Shown here piece by piece: positions 12,583 through 26,497 of a DNA stretch of 64,000 nucleotides. The notes under the pieces were generated by a model that made no database searches, was not told where the DNA came from, and saw only the letters and a program-made list of their open reading frames with translations. Positions within the stretch are counted from its first letter, which is position 1; each line of letters begins with the position of its first letter. Source of the stretch: the human T2T-CHM13v2.0 reference genome, Homo sapiens; NCBI RefSeq assembly GCF_009914755.1, contig NC_060931.1, one strand, 5' to 3'. Both the position numbers and the translations under genes were made by a program.

Positions 12583-14449
12583 AGGGAGGTATTTATGTAT
12601 TTATTTATTTATTTAGTTTTATTACTAAGTTTTGAGAGTTAATAATGAAGTTAAAAAAAATTTTAATTTTTTTGTCTTTCTTTATCTTAATGTTGCCTAA
12701 AGAGGGCAGTGTAAACCATCAAAATACATTTTACTTTATGCCTGCTGTTACACACTTTTTTAAGTTAAATAATGGGCATTAATATGTACAGTATGTATAG
12801 GTATTGTATCACAAGATGTAAAACACTAAACATTTTTCTGTAGAAATGAATTTCATTTGTGAATGTATTTTATGCAAATTAGCTTACTGACCAGATGTTT
12901 CTTAGAGCAGATTATGTGCAGTGTTTATAATACAGATGTCTGCTTTAAATGCCAATGGAAAGAAGAGGGAAGTTCAATCCTATTAAGTATAGAAAAGTAA
13001 TACTTTCATTGAATTGGTCATAAGAATTTTATAATTTGCTTTTATTAAATGTGAACGTATCTTAAAGTTTAATAATGAAACTATTTAAATCTTAACATCA
13101 AGTTAAATGATAGGCTAATGTAACAAAATGCACTCATTGTATAAAAGTGAATATTTGTAATCCAGAACATAGACATCAGTCTCATTAGAATATTTTTCCT
13201 CTTTGCGATTTCATCTTTTTAATTAGTTGTATATTTTTTCTTCAGTGCAGCAGCAATTAAAAGTTTGTACATTTTGATAGAAAACTTTTTCTGTATTCTG
13301 AATTGATACCTATTTAACATTGCATTTTAAACACTTAAATGCTGATATGTGAGAATGAATAATGAATCCATAGGTCACTATAGTCATTAGTGCTGTCATA
13401 TATATGAACTGTTATCTGTTCTCAATTATAGTAGCTGCTTTTTAGTTTTCATTAGATTTATGTTAAAAGAAAATATCAGGAATCCATCTATCTGTCTTAC
13501 CAGGTAGTGACATTGATACGTTCTTGCTAGACTATGCTATTATAGAAGGATATATATAATGAGATGCTAAACCTAAAATTATTGACTAAAGCTTAGCAAG
13601 TTTCTCTTCAGTGCACTAATTAGTTTTATTTAATTATCAAGAGTGTGTTCTCCCACTAATTAGGATAAAACAATATGAATATGACATCCAACATTATCAA
13701 GTAACATAATTAGTGAAGTAAATAAGATCAAACAAGATTAGGGGAAAATTCTGGCCTATTTTTAAAACTGTATCTATAAAATCATATGTAATCTGTCTTA
13801 TCCAATAATTGAATATATCCCTTTATCAAATGCATGCAGACTAGCTCTGAAACTTAAGATTTTATGGTGTATTTCTAGAATGCAGAACAATTTACAGGAT
13901 GTGTTCTTTAAAATACTATAGATAAGGCAAATATTAGTATCCACAATTTATAAATGAGTACACTGACACCCAAAGATACTAGATTATTTGATCCAGGTCA
14001 CATGAGTAAATACAAAACTGAGCCTGGAAATGTCTATCTCTTAAAGATTATGCTTTCATGTTAGGGGCCAATTAAATAAATGTAATGCTTAAATTGTAAT
14101 ACCAAAATTATACTATCTTATTCTCAAAACATCTTTTAAAATGTTAATCTTAGTTTTTTATTTCTTAATTACCTATTAATTAAATATTTTAATTTAGGTA
14201 ACTCATATATACTACTGAGCCATCTCAAGGAGATATTTTAGTCTCAAATAAATAAAAATAAAATCAGTAAAATTAATTCCTCATTATAGTACACAAAGCA
14301 ACCAACTGATTGTCTGTGCTTTCATAAGATATCCTATTTTGTGTAAAAGAGCTAGGTTTCATGCCATAGTTTGATCATTCTGACTCCTTAATTAAAGGAT
14401 TTAAGATCAAATATCCCAGAGCACTTTTGAGAAAAGTTTATACACAAGA

Positions 14450-14635
14450 CTATATGTGTGTGCATGTGTGTATACAGTGTCTGTATATAAATATGTGTAT
14501 ATGGTATATTTACATATATAATGCATTATATATCTTACATATATGACATATATGATAGGACATATCTCATATATATGTATGCTATACATATATAAATGAA
14601 ATATGTAATTATATATATATATACCCATATACATG
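14450..14635. repeat. TA/TG-rich low-complexity tract
   Basis: Direct reading of the sequence. Confidence 0.8.
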
Positions 14636-14710
14636 TTGCTTTGAAAATTTGTGGCTATTGAAGACCTGCATAATTATATAAGCTTACTTCGTACATATAT
14701 TAATCTACAT

Positions 14711-14901
14711 CACTGGTTCTCAAACTTTAACATAGATCAAAATCAACTGGAGGACTCGTCAAAACACAAATTGCTGACCCTTACACACAGAGTTTCTGGT
14801 TCAGAAGATTTTGTATGGTTTGAGCGAAGCCTAAAATTTGCATTTCTAAGTTATGATGATGTTGATGCTGCTATTCTGGGGATCAAACGTCAAGAAAATC
14901 T
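14711..14901. mobile_element. MER5A-like hAT-Charlie MITE
   Basis: cactggttctcaaacttt...aatttgcatttctaag...tgatgctgct pattern. Confidence 0.7.
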
Positions 14902-15384
14902 GATATAGATAATAATATTAACCACCATTTGTACTAAATGAGGTACCAAGGACTTTGCTAAGTGAATGTTTTCATTTATTACTGACACACTTACTTTCCA
15001 TCTAGGTAACAATAGTTACAATAGAAAAAACTGTGAAGACAACCATGTATAAAATAAGATGTTTTTCTAAATTTTATAAGGAAATGCTCATTGCATTCAC
15101 CATCAGGTTATTTAGGTGACTAGATGATTCTAAATGAGTCTCCACAAAATAATGGCCAGAGCTTAGGATTAACATTTTAAAAAATGGAGTCTTGGGCTTT
15201 TCTCACAAGAATATTAGCTACAACTCAGGGCTGAGTTGGCTTAGAACATTTTCACTTTTTATACAGTTTTATGATTTTTAATCACACCTTTGAATTCCAT
15301 TTTTCCTAGTAAATGCATTTATAGTTATAAGACCAAACATCTTGGGAAGTGTGTGTGCCATTTATATTCCTGTGATACATTACA

Positions 15385-15753
<369 letters not shown>

Positions 15754-16980
15754 TAAATTCCTGTCCCTTTCTGCTATCACCCTTGATCAACAGAAGAAAG
15801 CTATTATTTTAAATCTTAAGTTCTCTCCAATTAGATATATTTTAATGCTATATATGTGCACTTATATTAGTCTCAATTTTCTTAAATACATATTTAAGTT
15901 AAGTGAAGTTTCTCTGTCTCCTATTACTTAAGCATCAGAAGTGCCAAGTGCATAAGAAGGCATGTAGATTTTGATGGGAAACTCAAATGTGGTTCTTTCA
16001 GAATGTCTGCAGGTAGATATAAGGGCTTTTTGTAGCACTGTCAGCATGCTGTAATGTTAGAAACCGTTCTCATGCTCAGTCATCTTGGTTTCCCACTGAA
16101 CACACCTCAAAGCAAAGAGGAAGGATTGTTATTGGCCACAAACACTCACTGTTCTGAAACTCTTTTTTTAACAACTTGGAAGGTAATCTCTAGTTAAAGT
16201 GATTTTCAAAGTGCTAGTACAGTAATGTACCTGACTGGCCCCCAAAATAATCATGTGTCATCTTTTAAAATTAACTCAAGGACCAAATTCGGATTTTTAA
16301 TTATTTACACTTGCATATTTCAGAAGAATTTCTTAGATCTACATATTCCTCCAATTCACCTGAAATTGCATTTTTTTTTTTTTGTAGAATAAAACAACGG
16401 GTAAGAAGAACATTCAAAATAACATTTAAAACCAATCTATATTTAAAATTGAAATCGATTACTGGATTGAAAGGTTATCCTAATATAAGAAGAGTTATCC
16501 CAAGATTTTTTTCTTCATGAAATTATTAATTGCTTCTAACTATTTACCTAATGCAGGGTTAAAAATAATCCTATTTAAATTTATTTTAGAAAATTAATAT
16601 ATATGGTGATTCAGTAAGTAGCGCTGTTTTTCCTGACCATTCTATTTTAAATCAGTAGTGATTTTTAAATTACACTACTTTGATTTTTCTTATTTAGCAA
16701 GGCTTTTCAAGGCAATATTATGCTTACCTGTTGCCAAGGCACCCCTATCTGGGTGCCAATCTCTGCTGGGATGTTGTAGTTCTTCTTGTCTAATAGCCTG
16801 CCTTACATTTTAAACTTTGTTTTAATTAAATTGGCTTATAATTGTAGACATTCTTTGCATCAAAGAGTCAAAATTTTAAAGGTAAGTAACAGCAATGAAG
16901 GTTGCAATTAATCAGTTGAAAAATGCTGTGACTTTTCCTTCACCTTAAATATCAATTCTCTCAATTTTCTCTGACTACAG

Positions 16981-17125
16981 AGGCCAGTAATAGTAGCCAT
17001 GAGTCTCGTATTGGTCTAGCTGAGGGGTTGGAATCCGAGAAGAAGGCAGTTATACCCCTTGTGATCGTGTCAGCCCTGACTTTTATCTGTCTAGTGGTTC
17101 TTGTGGGTATTCTCATCTACTGGAG
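16981..17125 (+). CDS. PTPRZ1: PTPRZ1 exon 13 (145 nt), transmembrane helix [26 protein letters not shown]
   Basis: ctacag|AGGCC...TGGAG|gtaagt; hydrophobic helix in frame. Confidence 0.97.
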
Positions 17126-19304
17126 GTAAGTTGAGTATTTGTTTTGGAAAATTTAATTCATAAAACTCAGATTTTGCCCATATTTCATCTGAAAGGTCTT
17201 CAAAGCATATTCAAAATGTATTTTACCTGAGAGCTGCCATTAATTTATTCAAGGTAAATTTGTGAATCCAAAGGCACAATAATGAAGGAGTTAATTGTTC
17301 TTCATACATCAATTAAAGATAAAATGGAGAAACTTTTACCCGTTACTATTTAACACAGTATTTTGACAGTTGTACTTTCATGTTAATCTAATTAATAGAT
17401 ATCATCATAGCATTTAACATAAGTCTAAGCTTCTCGTTAGTTGTTATAATTCCAAAAATTAAGAAAACATTTTTTATATAATAAGTATTGTTTTTCAATG
17501 ACAGAAGAGTTTGTACAAGATGTGTATTAACTGCACATACTGATAAAAATGATAACCTGTGCATAAAAGTAAAATCAAGCAATTAAACTATAAATATAAT
17601 TAGAGACTACAGCTAATGACTATCTTAAGATGCACAGGCATTTAAGATACATATAATTTGCTTTGGGGATGAAATATAGCTTCGCTGTCAATAATCTATT
17701 AAGTCCCTAAAGACAAGAATAATTGTACCCATCATAAAATTTCCATCCTGTGGAAAGCAGAACACACAGCAAATTAGTGTATTTATGAGGAACATAGGTC
17801 AGTATAACTGTGTCTGTTAGAAAACAAAGGCTTTATGATGATATAAGGAATCATATGTGTAAACCAAGAAAGGGCATAGCATAGTACTTTTATAAAGTAT
17901 AGCATACTTTTATTTTAAAAAAGAATTTTGTTCAGAAGATACATAATTTTTTTGTTTAGCAACATCATTCTGTAACTTTGTATCAGCACTCTTTATGTGT
18001 TCTCTCAAAATATATTCTCGTGTTTTTTTCTGAAATATTTACCATTGTTATTGATTGTTTCCCACATACCTAGTACTGTGTTAACCATCAGGAAATATCA
18101 AAAATGAACAAATGAATGAAAAAAGAGTCAGTGATTTGAAGAAATATATGCTTATTGAGGGGGAAGAATTTGTTATAAAAATGTATAAAATATTACACAA
18201 AAGTGTATGCGTAGCAGTTGAAATCTAGTGCTAAAAGTAGTCAGAGAACAAAGAAGCTTGGTAGGCCAGAATGCTCAGGGCAAGTGTAAACTAAAATGTA
18301 GGACTCAAGCTCTGTGGGAGTCAGAAAGGAAAGGAAAAGGGCATTCCAGGCAGGGACACAGCAGGTGCAAAGATCGGGAAGTAGAAATGAGCTGTCTTTT
18401 GAGTAAAAGCTATTGGATGTTTCGGACACAGTGAGGTCTGGAGCATGTATTAATAGTTGCATGTAGTTGGACATTGGTTGGCTAGGGTAGAATGTCTTCA
18501 TGATCAACTGTATTTCATATCTGACTTCCTTTACTAGAACAGAGTAGACTGCACACTATGGAGAACAGATCATGCTTTTGTTACCCCACATGGGTCAGGA
18601 GTCTATTTTGTTATAATAAGAAACAAACAAACCTGGTTTCTTTAGTCTGTATCCCGGTGATTCCAATAATTGCCAAAGATTCTTTTTTTTTTTTGCTAAA
18701 GGGTTCATGCTTAGCAGAGTGCTTTGAACATAATCCATAATCCATAAATGTGTGTTCAACAAAAATAAATATTGCTTTTCTCCCCGTTCCCCACTGAACT
18801 TGTTGACCAAATTTTTTACCACATTGATATGTGTATTCAGATTACAGGTTTCTATCTAATCTGATTTTCCCTACCAAACTACCTTTTTAATTAATGGGAG
18901 TCAGTGTTAAGAATTGAAAATAAGATGGAGAATATGACCAATTCTGCTTCATAGTAAATAGTGCTAGTACAAAGTTCCAATAAAGATGTCAGATGGTTTA
19001 TAATTATAAGATTGAAATTCGTTTCTTAATCTGTGTTACTTTTCAAGTATATTTTCTGAAAATTTGGAAATCAGTATCTTATTTAATACAATTTGATATT
19101 TCATGGAAAATTAAAATTTAGAGAGGTTTCTATCTTCTATTAATAATGTGTCATTTCATCTGCATTATATGGGGAAAAGATAAAATTACCAGTCAAAAAT
19201 ATATTAATTTGACCTTCAATAAGATATTTCTTTTTTCTTCACAAATAACACTTTAGGTACCTTGAATGCAGAGTGTCATAGTGTAAAATATATATGAGTA
19301 TTTT

Positions 19305-19602
19305 GGCCAGGCACAGTGGCTCACACCTGTAATCCCAGCAATTTGCAAAGGTGAAGTAAGTAGATCACTTGAGGCCGTGAGTTTGAGACCAGCCCAGGAA
19401 ACATAGTGAGACCTCCATCTCTACAAAAACAATAAAAATAAACAATTTAGCTGGGCATGGTAGGGCATGTCATACTCCCAGCTTCCCAGGAGGCTGAGGC
19501 TGGAGGATCACTTGAGCCCAGGAGTCAAGGTTACAGTGAGCTGTGATTATGCCACTGCACTCCAGCCTGGGCGACAAAGTAAGACACTGTCTCAAAAAAA
19601 AA
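19305..19602 (+). mobile_element. AluJ-like element
   Basis: Diverged dimeric Alu with ggatcacttgagcccaggag and an A tail. Confidence 0.9.
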
Positions 19603-20009
19603 ATCACTTTGATGGTTTTATGTATATGTTTTATATCTATTAAATGTTCTGATAAAAATTGTCAATCTTTACTTATTTTGAAATGTTAAGTAGTGTTAGA
19701 TATCTGACCTACTAACATCTGTTTGAAGTTAATTCACTAAAAAATATAAATTTTCATATCATCATATGCTAGGGGTATTATGTGCTGAATCACAAGATGA
19801 TAGTTTTAGTTAATTCTTCAAGGTTTATGTGAATTATTCAAATTCCAGTGAAGCTACATTTGTAAACAATATGATTTCACTAGCCAATATATAAACATTT
19901 TAGACCTTTGTAAAAGCTACAGCTTGAGAAAAGGTTTAAAAATCTAATGTCGTACCAATAACAGTCCTAATGGTAATGAAGTCCTTAAGAATTTTTCCAA
20001 GTTTATATA

Positions 20010-20975
20010 TTTAAACTTTTTTAAACAGCTTAATTAGGTAATATTGAAATATCATAAAACTCACCTTTTTAAAGTGTATGATTCAATGGTTTTTAAAGTG
20101 TTCTACTATTTCCATAATGACTAATGATGTTAAGTGTTTTTTCATGTGCTTGTTGGACAGTTGTATATCTTTTTTTGATAAATGTGTATTCAAATCCTTT
20201 GCTGCCTATTTTTTAATTGGGTTATTTGTCTTTCTATTATTGAGTTGTGGTTTTGTTTGTTTGTTTTGTTTTAAGGAGCAGAGAGTTTAATAGGTAAGAA
20301 AGATGGGAGAAGGCAGAAGGAAGAAGCTCCCCGTACAGAGACAGAGGGAGGGGGCCTCCAAAGCTGAAAGAGGAGAACCTGAGTTGTGTGTTTTTATATA
20401 TTCTAGATACAAGTCCCTTATCAGATATCTGATTTGCAATTATTTTTTCCCATTCTGTGAGTTATCTTCTCACTTTCATGATGGTATCTTTTTTAAAGTA
20501 GAAAAGTTTTTAATTTTGATGAGGCCAAATTCATCTATTTTTTCTCTTATTGCTTGCACCTTCAGTATCATATCTAAGAAGGCATTGCCTAACCCAGCAC
20601 CACATGGATTTACTCCTAGATTTTTGTCTAAGAATTTAACAAAATTAAAGGACTCATGCTTCCCAGTTGCAAAACTTTAATTGAAAGCTACAGGAATCAA
20701 GAGAGTCTGGTACTGCCATAAGAATAGACATATAGATCAATGGAATCGAACTGAGAACCCAGAAATCTTATGTTTACGATCAGTGGATTTTAGACAAGGA
20801 TCCAAAGACTTTTCAATGGGCAAAGAATAGTCCTTCCAACAGATGGTGCTAGGACAATTGAATATTCACATACAAAAAGTCAAATTAAACCTTTTTCTAA
20901 CACTATACACAAAAATGAACTCATAGGGACCATAGACATCAGTGTAAGAACTATAAAATTCTTAGAAGAAAATAT
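20010..20975 (-). mobile_element. Old L1 (L1MB-like) with inverted 5' segment (about 20645-20975 on +)
   Basis: Antisense L1 3' end and ORF2 motifs at 20010-20640; sense ORF2 motifs (gacatatagatcaatggaa, cttccaacagatggtgctagg) afterwards. Confidence 0.75.
20250..20379 (-). mobile_element. LTR10-like (HERV-I family) 3' fragment with A-rich tail and TSD
   Basis: Minus strand reads ...ggggagcttcttccttctgccttctcccatctttcttacctATTAAActctctgctccttaaaacaaaac; flanked by tgagttgtg on both sides. Confidence 0.7.
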
Positions 20976-21277
20976 TTAAGTATGTTTCTAACCTATTTTA
21001 ATGAGAAATTAATCTCAAAGTTTTATAATAAATCTGCTATTTCACCTAATTTACCTAACTCAAGATATTCCCCTTATTTTTTGTATAAACTTTCAGAGGA
21101 AGCAGATTTTAGCCAAAAGACAGAACAAATTCAAAGTGAGAAAATCCAGATCTCTTTCCTAGTTCTGCCCGGCATTTGCTATATGGCCTTGGGCATGTCA
21201 ATTACCCACCTAGGACTTGGTTTCTCCTGTTTACCATTTGGGTAGGTTCACTAGATCATCTTTAAGATTGTAGCCAG

Positions 21278-21319
21278 CGAGGCATGGTGGCTCATGCCTG
21301 TAATCCCAAAACTTTGGGA
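21278..21319 (+). mobile_element. Alu 5' stub (about 42 nt)
   Basis: ggcatggtggctcatgcctgtaatcccaaaactttggga. Confidence 0.85.
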
Positions 21320-21714
21320 TTTATATATATATATAATTTTATATATAATTATATATATGTATAATTTTATATATAATTATATATATATATAATTTTATAT
21401 ATAATTATATATATTATATGTATAATTTTATATATAATTATATATATTATATGTATAATTTTATATATAATTATATATATTATATGTATAATTTTATATA
21501 TAATTATATATATTATATGTATAATTTTATATATAATTTTATATATTATATGTATAATTTTATATATAATTATATATATTATATGTATAATTTTATATAT
21601 AATTATATATATAATGTATAATTTTATATATAATATATATTATATGTATAATTTTATATATAATTATATATTATATGTATAATTTTATATATAATTATAT
21701 ATATATAAAAAAAA
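21320..21714. repeat. AT-rich minisatellite, 33-bp unit (tatatgtataattttatatataattatatatat), about 12 copies, ending in an A run
   Basis: Visible periodicity; the ORF track shows an 11-aa repeat MYNFIYNYIYY. Confidence 0.95.
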
Positions 21715-23108
21715 AAGATTGTAGCCAGACCCAGGAATAGAATAATACACATTTCTAGGTTTTCATTATAAATACTGTGATGAAAAGGCGTAAACCAAAT
21801 AATCAGATTACCATTGATTGATAGGACCTATGTCTACAAGTTTAAGACAGTCATCACTTTTTTCATCATGCCTGATGGATAATTAGCAGGTGACGTAGTT
21901 ATCAACACTTAGCACATAGACGTGAAGACATTCACTGCTTATACTGAACAGATGGACTACAGATACTGAATCTTGTCATACATTAAATAATATGCCTTGA
22001 AATCATTTTCCAGATGTTTTATGGTATAATTTACATGGGCCATACCATAAGTTTCTAAGATGCAAAAATGACTTCAACAGGGAAGATTTTCAAAAGTTTT
22101 TTTTTTTTTAAGGCAAATTTTTGAAAGCTTTTTTAAGAGTTGGAACCTAAAAAGTACCAAAGGTATACCCAACCAAATGGCACACTATCAAAAGCAATAT
22201 AGAAAAGGACTTCACATAAACACAATTGTTTTGGCTGGGGGTAGGGAGATGAAAAGCAATATGAATTCTCTCTTGATCTTAAACTTGAATTTGTGGATCA
22301 TTGAAGATGTCTACTAACCCAGAATGGAGGTCTTCTGGTACCAGATTGCCTTTTAAGTGTAGTGTCACTTGCTATATAAAACTGCACTACAAAGTATACC
22401 TAACCAATATGCAAATGACCTTCATCCATAATTTAGCCTATACTATTTTAATTTTTTTTTTTTACTTACAAGCTTTTTGGTATTATTTATAAGGTCTTTT
22501 AGGGAAATTAATGCCAAATAGGGTTATTGGGCTACTTATTTTCTAGAACCAACAAAGATTTGATTACAGATTTGTTTATTTGTTTGTGACAAGAGTAGAA
22601 TTGGTGTTTACCCACACTACTGTGAACACTAGCAACATATTCAACCTCAATGCCAACATGTTTTAATTTACCATTTTATATTCTATGAGATGCTGCCTTC
22701 TTCCCATTCAGTCATAGTTATTGGTACATCCTCTATCGATCCATCTGCCCATCCAGCCACCCATTCATCCATCCTTCTCTACCTATATATCTTATCTCTC
22801 CTTCCAAAATGTTTTGAGATTTCAAGTTATCCCAATTGAGGCTAAGGTAGGTAAGGGAATCCAGGATGCAGCTGAACAACATATGATTGGTGGGATTTAC
22901 TTGCTATTAGAAATCCATCTAATCATTCAACAAATATTGAACACCTATTCTACTCCTGGCACAGTATTAAGAGTTGGGTTTACATAAAATCAAGAGATAC
23001 GGCCCCATCTTTTAAAAATGTAATAAAGATATAAGCACAAAACAAATATAATACAAAACAATTACACTAACCACCAATTAAGAAAAATACTTAAAATAAA
23101 TAATGTAG

Positions 23109-23484
<376 letters not shown>

Positions 23485-24729
23485 AAAACAGTCTTTATGT
23501 AGGCTTTTGTGAATAGAAATTTGGGTTAGGTGCAGTGGAAAAGGAGAAGCTGTGGTGCTAAAGGCTGATTAGGAAATGAAAGGCCATTTCACAGAGAAGA
23601 TACCTCTGAGCTGTCTTGAAAGAAGGCAGTGTTTGTCTGGCATATTGGCCAGTGAGATATTTTGGTTAGAAGTAGAGGAATGTTTAAAGCAGAATAGATA
23701 AATACTGAGTCAGGAGAGAAAAGGCAGGTTTATTTATCTACAATGTGATTATATTGTTAGAGTATAAACTTCAATAAGAAAAGTCTAACAGGGTGTGGAC
23801 CACAGACAGGTAGGGTTTAAGTATTGAAAAGCCTTGGATATTATAATCTAAATATCTGTAAAATATATAACTAGAATATATGGGCAAAAGTAAAAGGGGG
23901 ATAGATATGAACCCGTTAGAGCTGTTAACAGTGGATCAAGAAGACCTATTCTTTGAGTACCATTTGTAAATACTTAGAAGGGAATGAGTTTTGAGTTAGT
24001 AGAAGAAAAAATAAAATCTAGGAAATAAGGAGGATTCAAAAGGAGTGATCTCCTTCTCACTGAAGGTATTCAAACTGGACCTTCTTAACCATAGGTTAGA
24101 GATGCTGTTGAAGGGATTCTTGTATCAGCTGTGATACTGCACTAGCTTTTTAAAGGCATTTTACAACGTTAAGATTCGTTGAAATATTTTTTAAAACATT
24201 TCACCAGCTTGTATAACTGTATTTTGGAGAAATCAAAGGGATTTTAATTCTGTGACCTTAAAAGCATGTATCAAGTCCAGTGTTTCCATATCAATATGTC
24301 AGAATATGCTGCATTCATAGTTGCACAGATAAGCCAAACTTTCTGTATAGTTTCTGCCACAATCTGGTTTCATTTCTGCTCATGTGGGCCTTCTGTAGGA
24401 TAGTTTCTGTGGCCCTCATGTCTCTCATTCCTCATCAGTCTGCCATACTCTCCATTTTCCAGGATATTAACCTAGTTAGGAGGGTCCCTTTGACACTTGT
24501 TTCTGTATCCACTCACCTTTCTCTTATTCGACCTGCTCTCTCTTGAAGATATTTCTGTGTTCTCTCAATATATCTTCTCTCAGGTGTGATTATCAAAGGC
24601 TTATACTACCACAGTAGATGACTAATTTTGCTATGTACGTCATTGCTTTAAGTTTTTTGTTTATTTGCTTGTGACATCAAGGTTATAAGTAAACTATATA
24701 ATTTTACACCACTCCTACTTATAGAAGTT

Positions 24730-25290
24730 CATTCATCAGAGAAATGCTTCGGGGTTACCTCCAACATGACACACATGCTCCCGAGCACTAAAGACTAACA
24801 CTGCAATGATTGAGACAAAGTAGTTTGCCTTGTGGGGCTTATATTCTGATAAGAAGAGACCAATTATAAACATATAAAACAAATAAAAACATAATAGTAT
24901 TTCAAATAGTGATGTGCCACAGAGCAAACAAAAAGGCAAAGAGTAGTGACTTAGTGAGATAGCCTGACACTTAGCTGTCATGATCAGGGGAAAACTCAGA
25001 GGGAGCGGCATTTGGGCCAATGCAAAAGTGATGGGAAGGAGGCAGGAAGCCAGGGGGAATGGCAAGAGTCAAGGCCCTGAAAAGCTACTGACAGGGCTTC
25101 TTCAGAGGTGAAGGAGAGGACCAGTGTGGGCTGGATCCTGGTGGGTGAGGGAGAGAGTTGCAGGAAAGGAAGCTACTGAAGTAGGTTGGGGGCCAGGTCA
25201 GGGATTAAAAAGGTCTTAAAGCCCTTGCTAACATAACTGAATGTAATTCTAATTGCAGCGAGAAGCCATTCAAGAATTTTATCTAAAGGA
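24730..25290 (-). mobile_element. L2 3' fragment
   Basis: ttcattcatc...gccttgtggggcttatattct...gagaagccattcaagaatttt pattern. Confidence 0.6.
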
Positions 25291-26405
25291 ACTAATTTAC
25301 TAGAAAAAAATAAAGATTTAGGTGTGTCACTATATAAGAACAAATGTTACATTAAAACTCATTAGGATAAATGCCTTGTAGCTTGAAGGTTTAGATGGAA
25401 AGTGAGATTGTCGTTTTCAGTCAAACAGAATTCAAGTGTTTCAATTTAACCACTCATGAATATTGCTCCAAATAAATTAAATGACCTACATCAAAGAGTG
25501 TCATTAGCAGTTTTAATTATTCAATTTTTAAAATTAAAGATGGTTGGCTTTACTTTATAGCAGTAGTTGGTTCTTTGCTCTTGTCGATAGTTTGTGGTGT
25601 GCTCTTACCAGATGCTACTCTTATTATCCGAATGAAAATAGATTCAGGTGATATTGTAGATCATAGTTGTCACTGAATCTGAATATATTCATTCTCGAAA
25701 CCCTCATCAACAAGACTAGCATCTGTTGGGAAGAAAATCGCCCCTATTTTTGGTTGTATGCTCATTATTTTCTCATTTAAGTTCTGTCACTCCTGCATTA
25801 TTACAGCATGAAGCCACTTTCTTTTTTCATCAAAATGTTACCACGGTGTAGTTTCATTTCTACGTAGTTCATAGTTCATTTCTATGTACTATGGACTGTG
25901 TAGGTAATTTCTACATAGTTCATTTCTACATAGCTTGCTGCTTTTTGCTAGCAGCTGTATATGCTAAGAAGAACATGGTCATTTGAGTGAATGTTGAGTG
26001 AAAATGGCTTTGGACATTATTTCTTTTCTTCTCTGGCTCTATCCAAGATGGCAGGACATTTTGGGTATTATAGCCACAGTGGAAGAATATGTAGGGCATT
26101 GAGGTTTCCTATATTAACAAAGTATCACTTTGAACCCAGCTACAACTTCAAATTCTGTCTGTGCTTTTAGCATGCCTGATATCTACTTGCTCTTCTGCAT
26201 CTGCTACAGGTAAAACTGAGATAAATTTTATAATTTAACATCTTGTGACTTGTTAAAATGGATGTAGATCCAGCAATCCCTCTTCTGGGTATATACCTGC
26301 TTTTGTTTTAATTCTGGAGATTTCTATCAAAATTTTCAAGCAGCTCAGAAATTGTCTTATTTTCCATAGCAACTAGTAGTATAAATTGTGTTCTTTTATT
26401 TCCAG

Positions 26406-26497
26406 GAAATGCTTCCAGACTGCACACTTTTACTTAGAGGACAGTACATCCCCTAGAGTTATATCCACACCTCCAACACCTATCTTTCCAATTTCAG
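26406..26497 (+). CDS. PTPRZ1: PTPRZ1 exon 14 (92 nt), juxtamembrane [30 protein letters not shown]
   Basis: ttccag|GAAATG...TTCAG|gtaatg; frame continuity. Confidence 0.96.

Noticed and set aside
21418-21621. Repetitive ORF (MYNFIYNYIYY)n, and a CRISPR-like appearance of the array
   Set aside because: It is the translation of a 33-bp minisatellite; there are no unique spacers and the context is eukaryotic.
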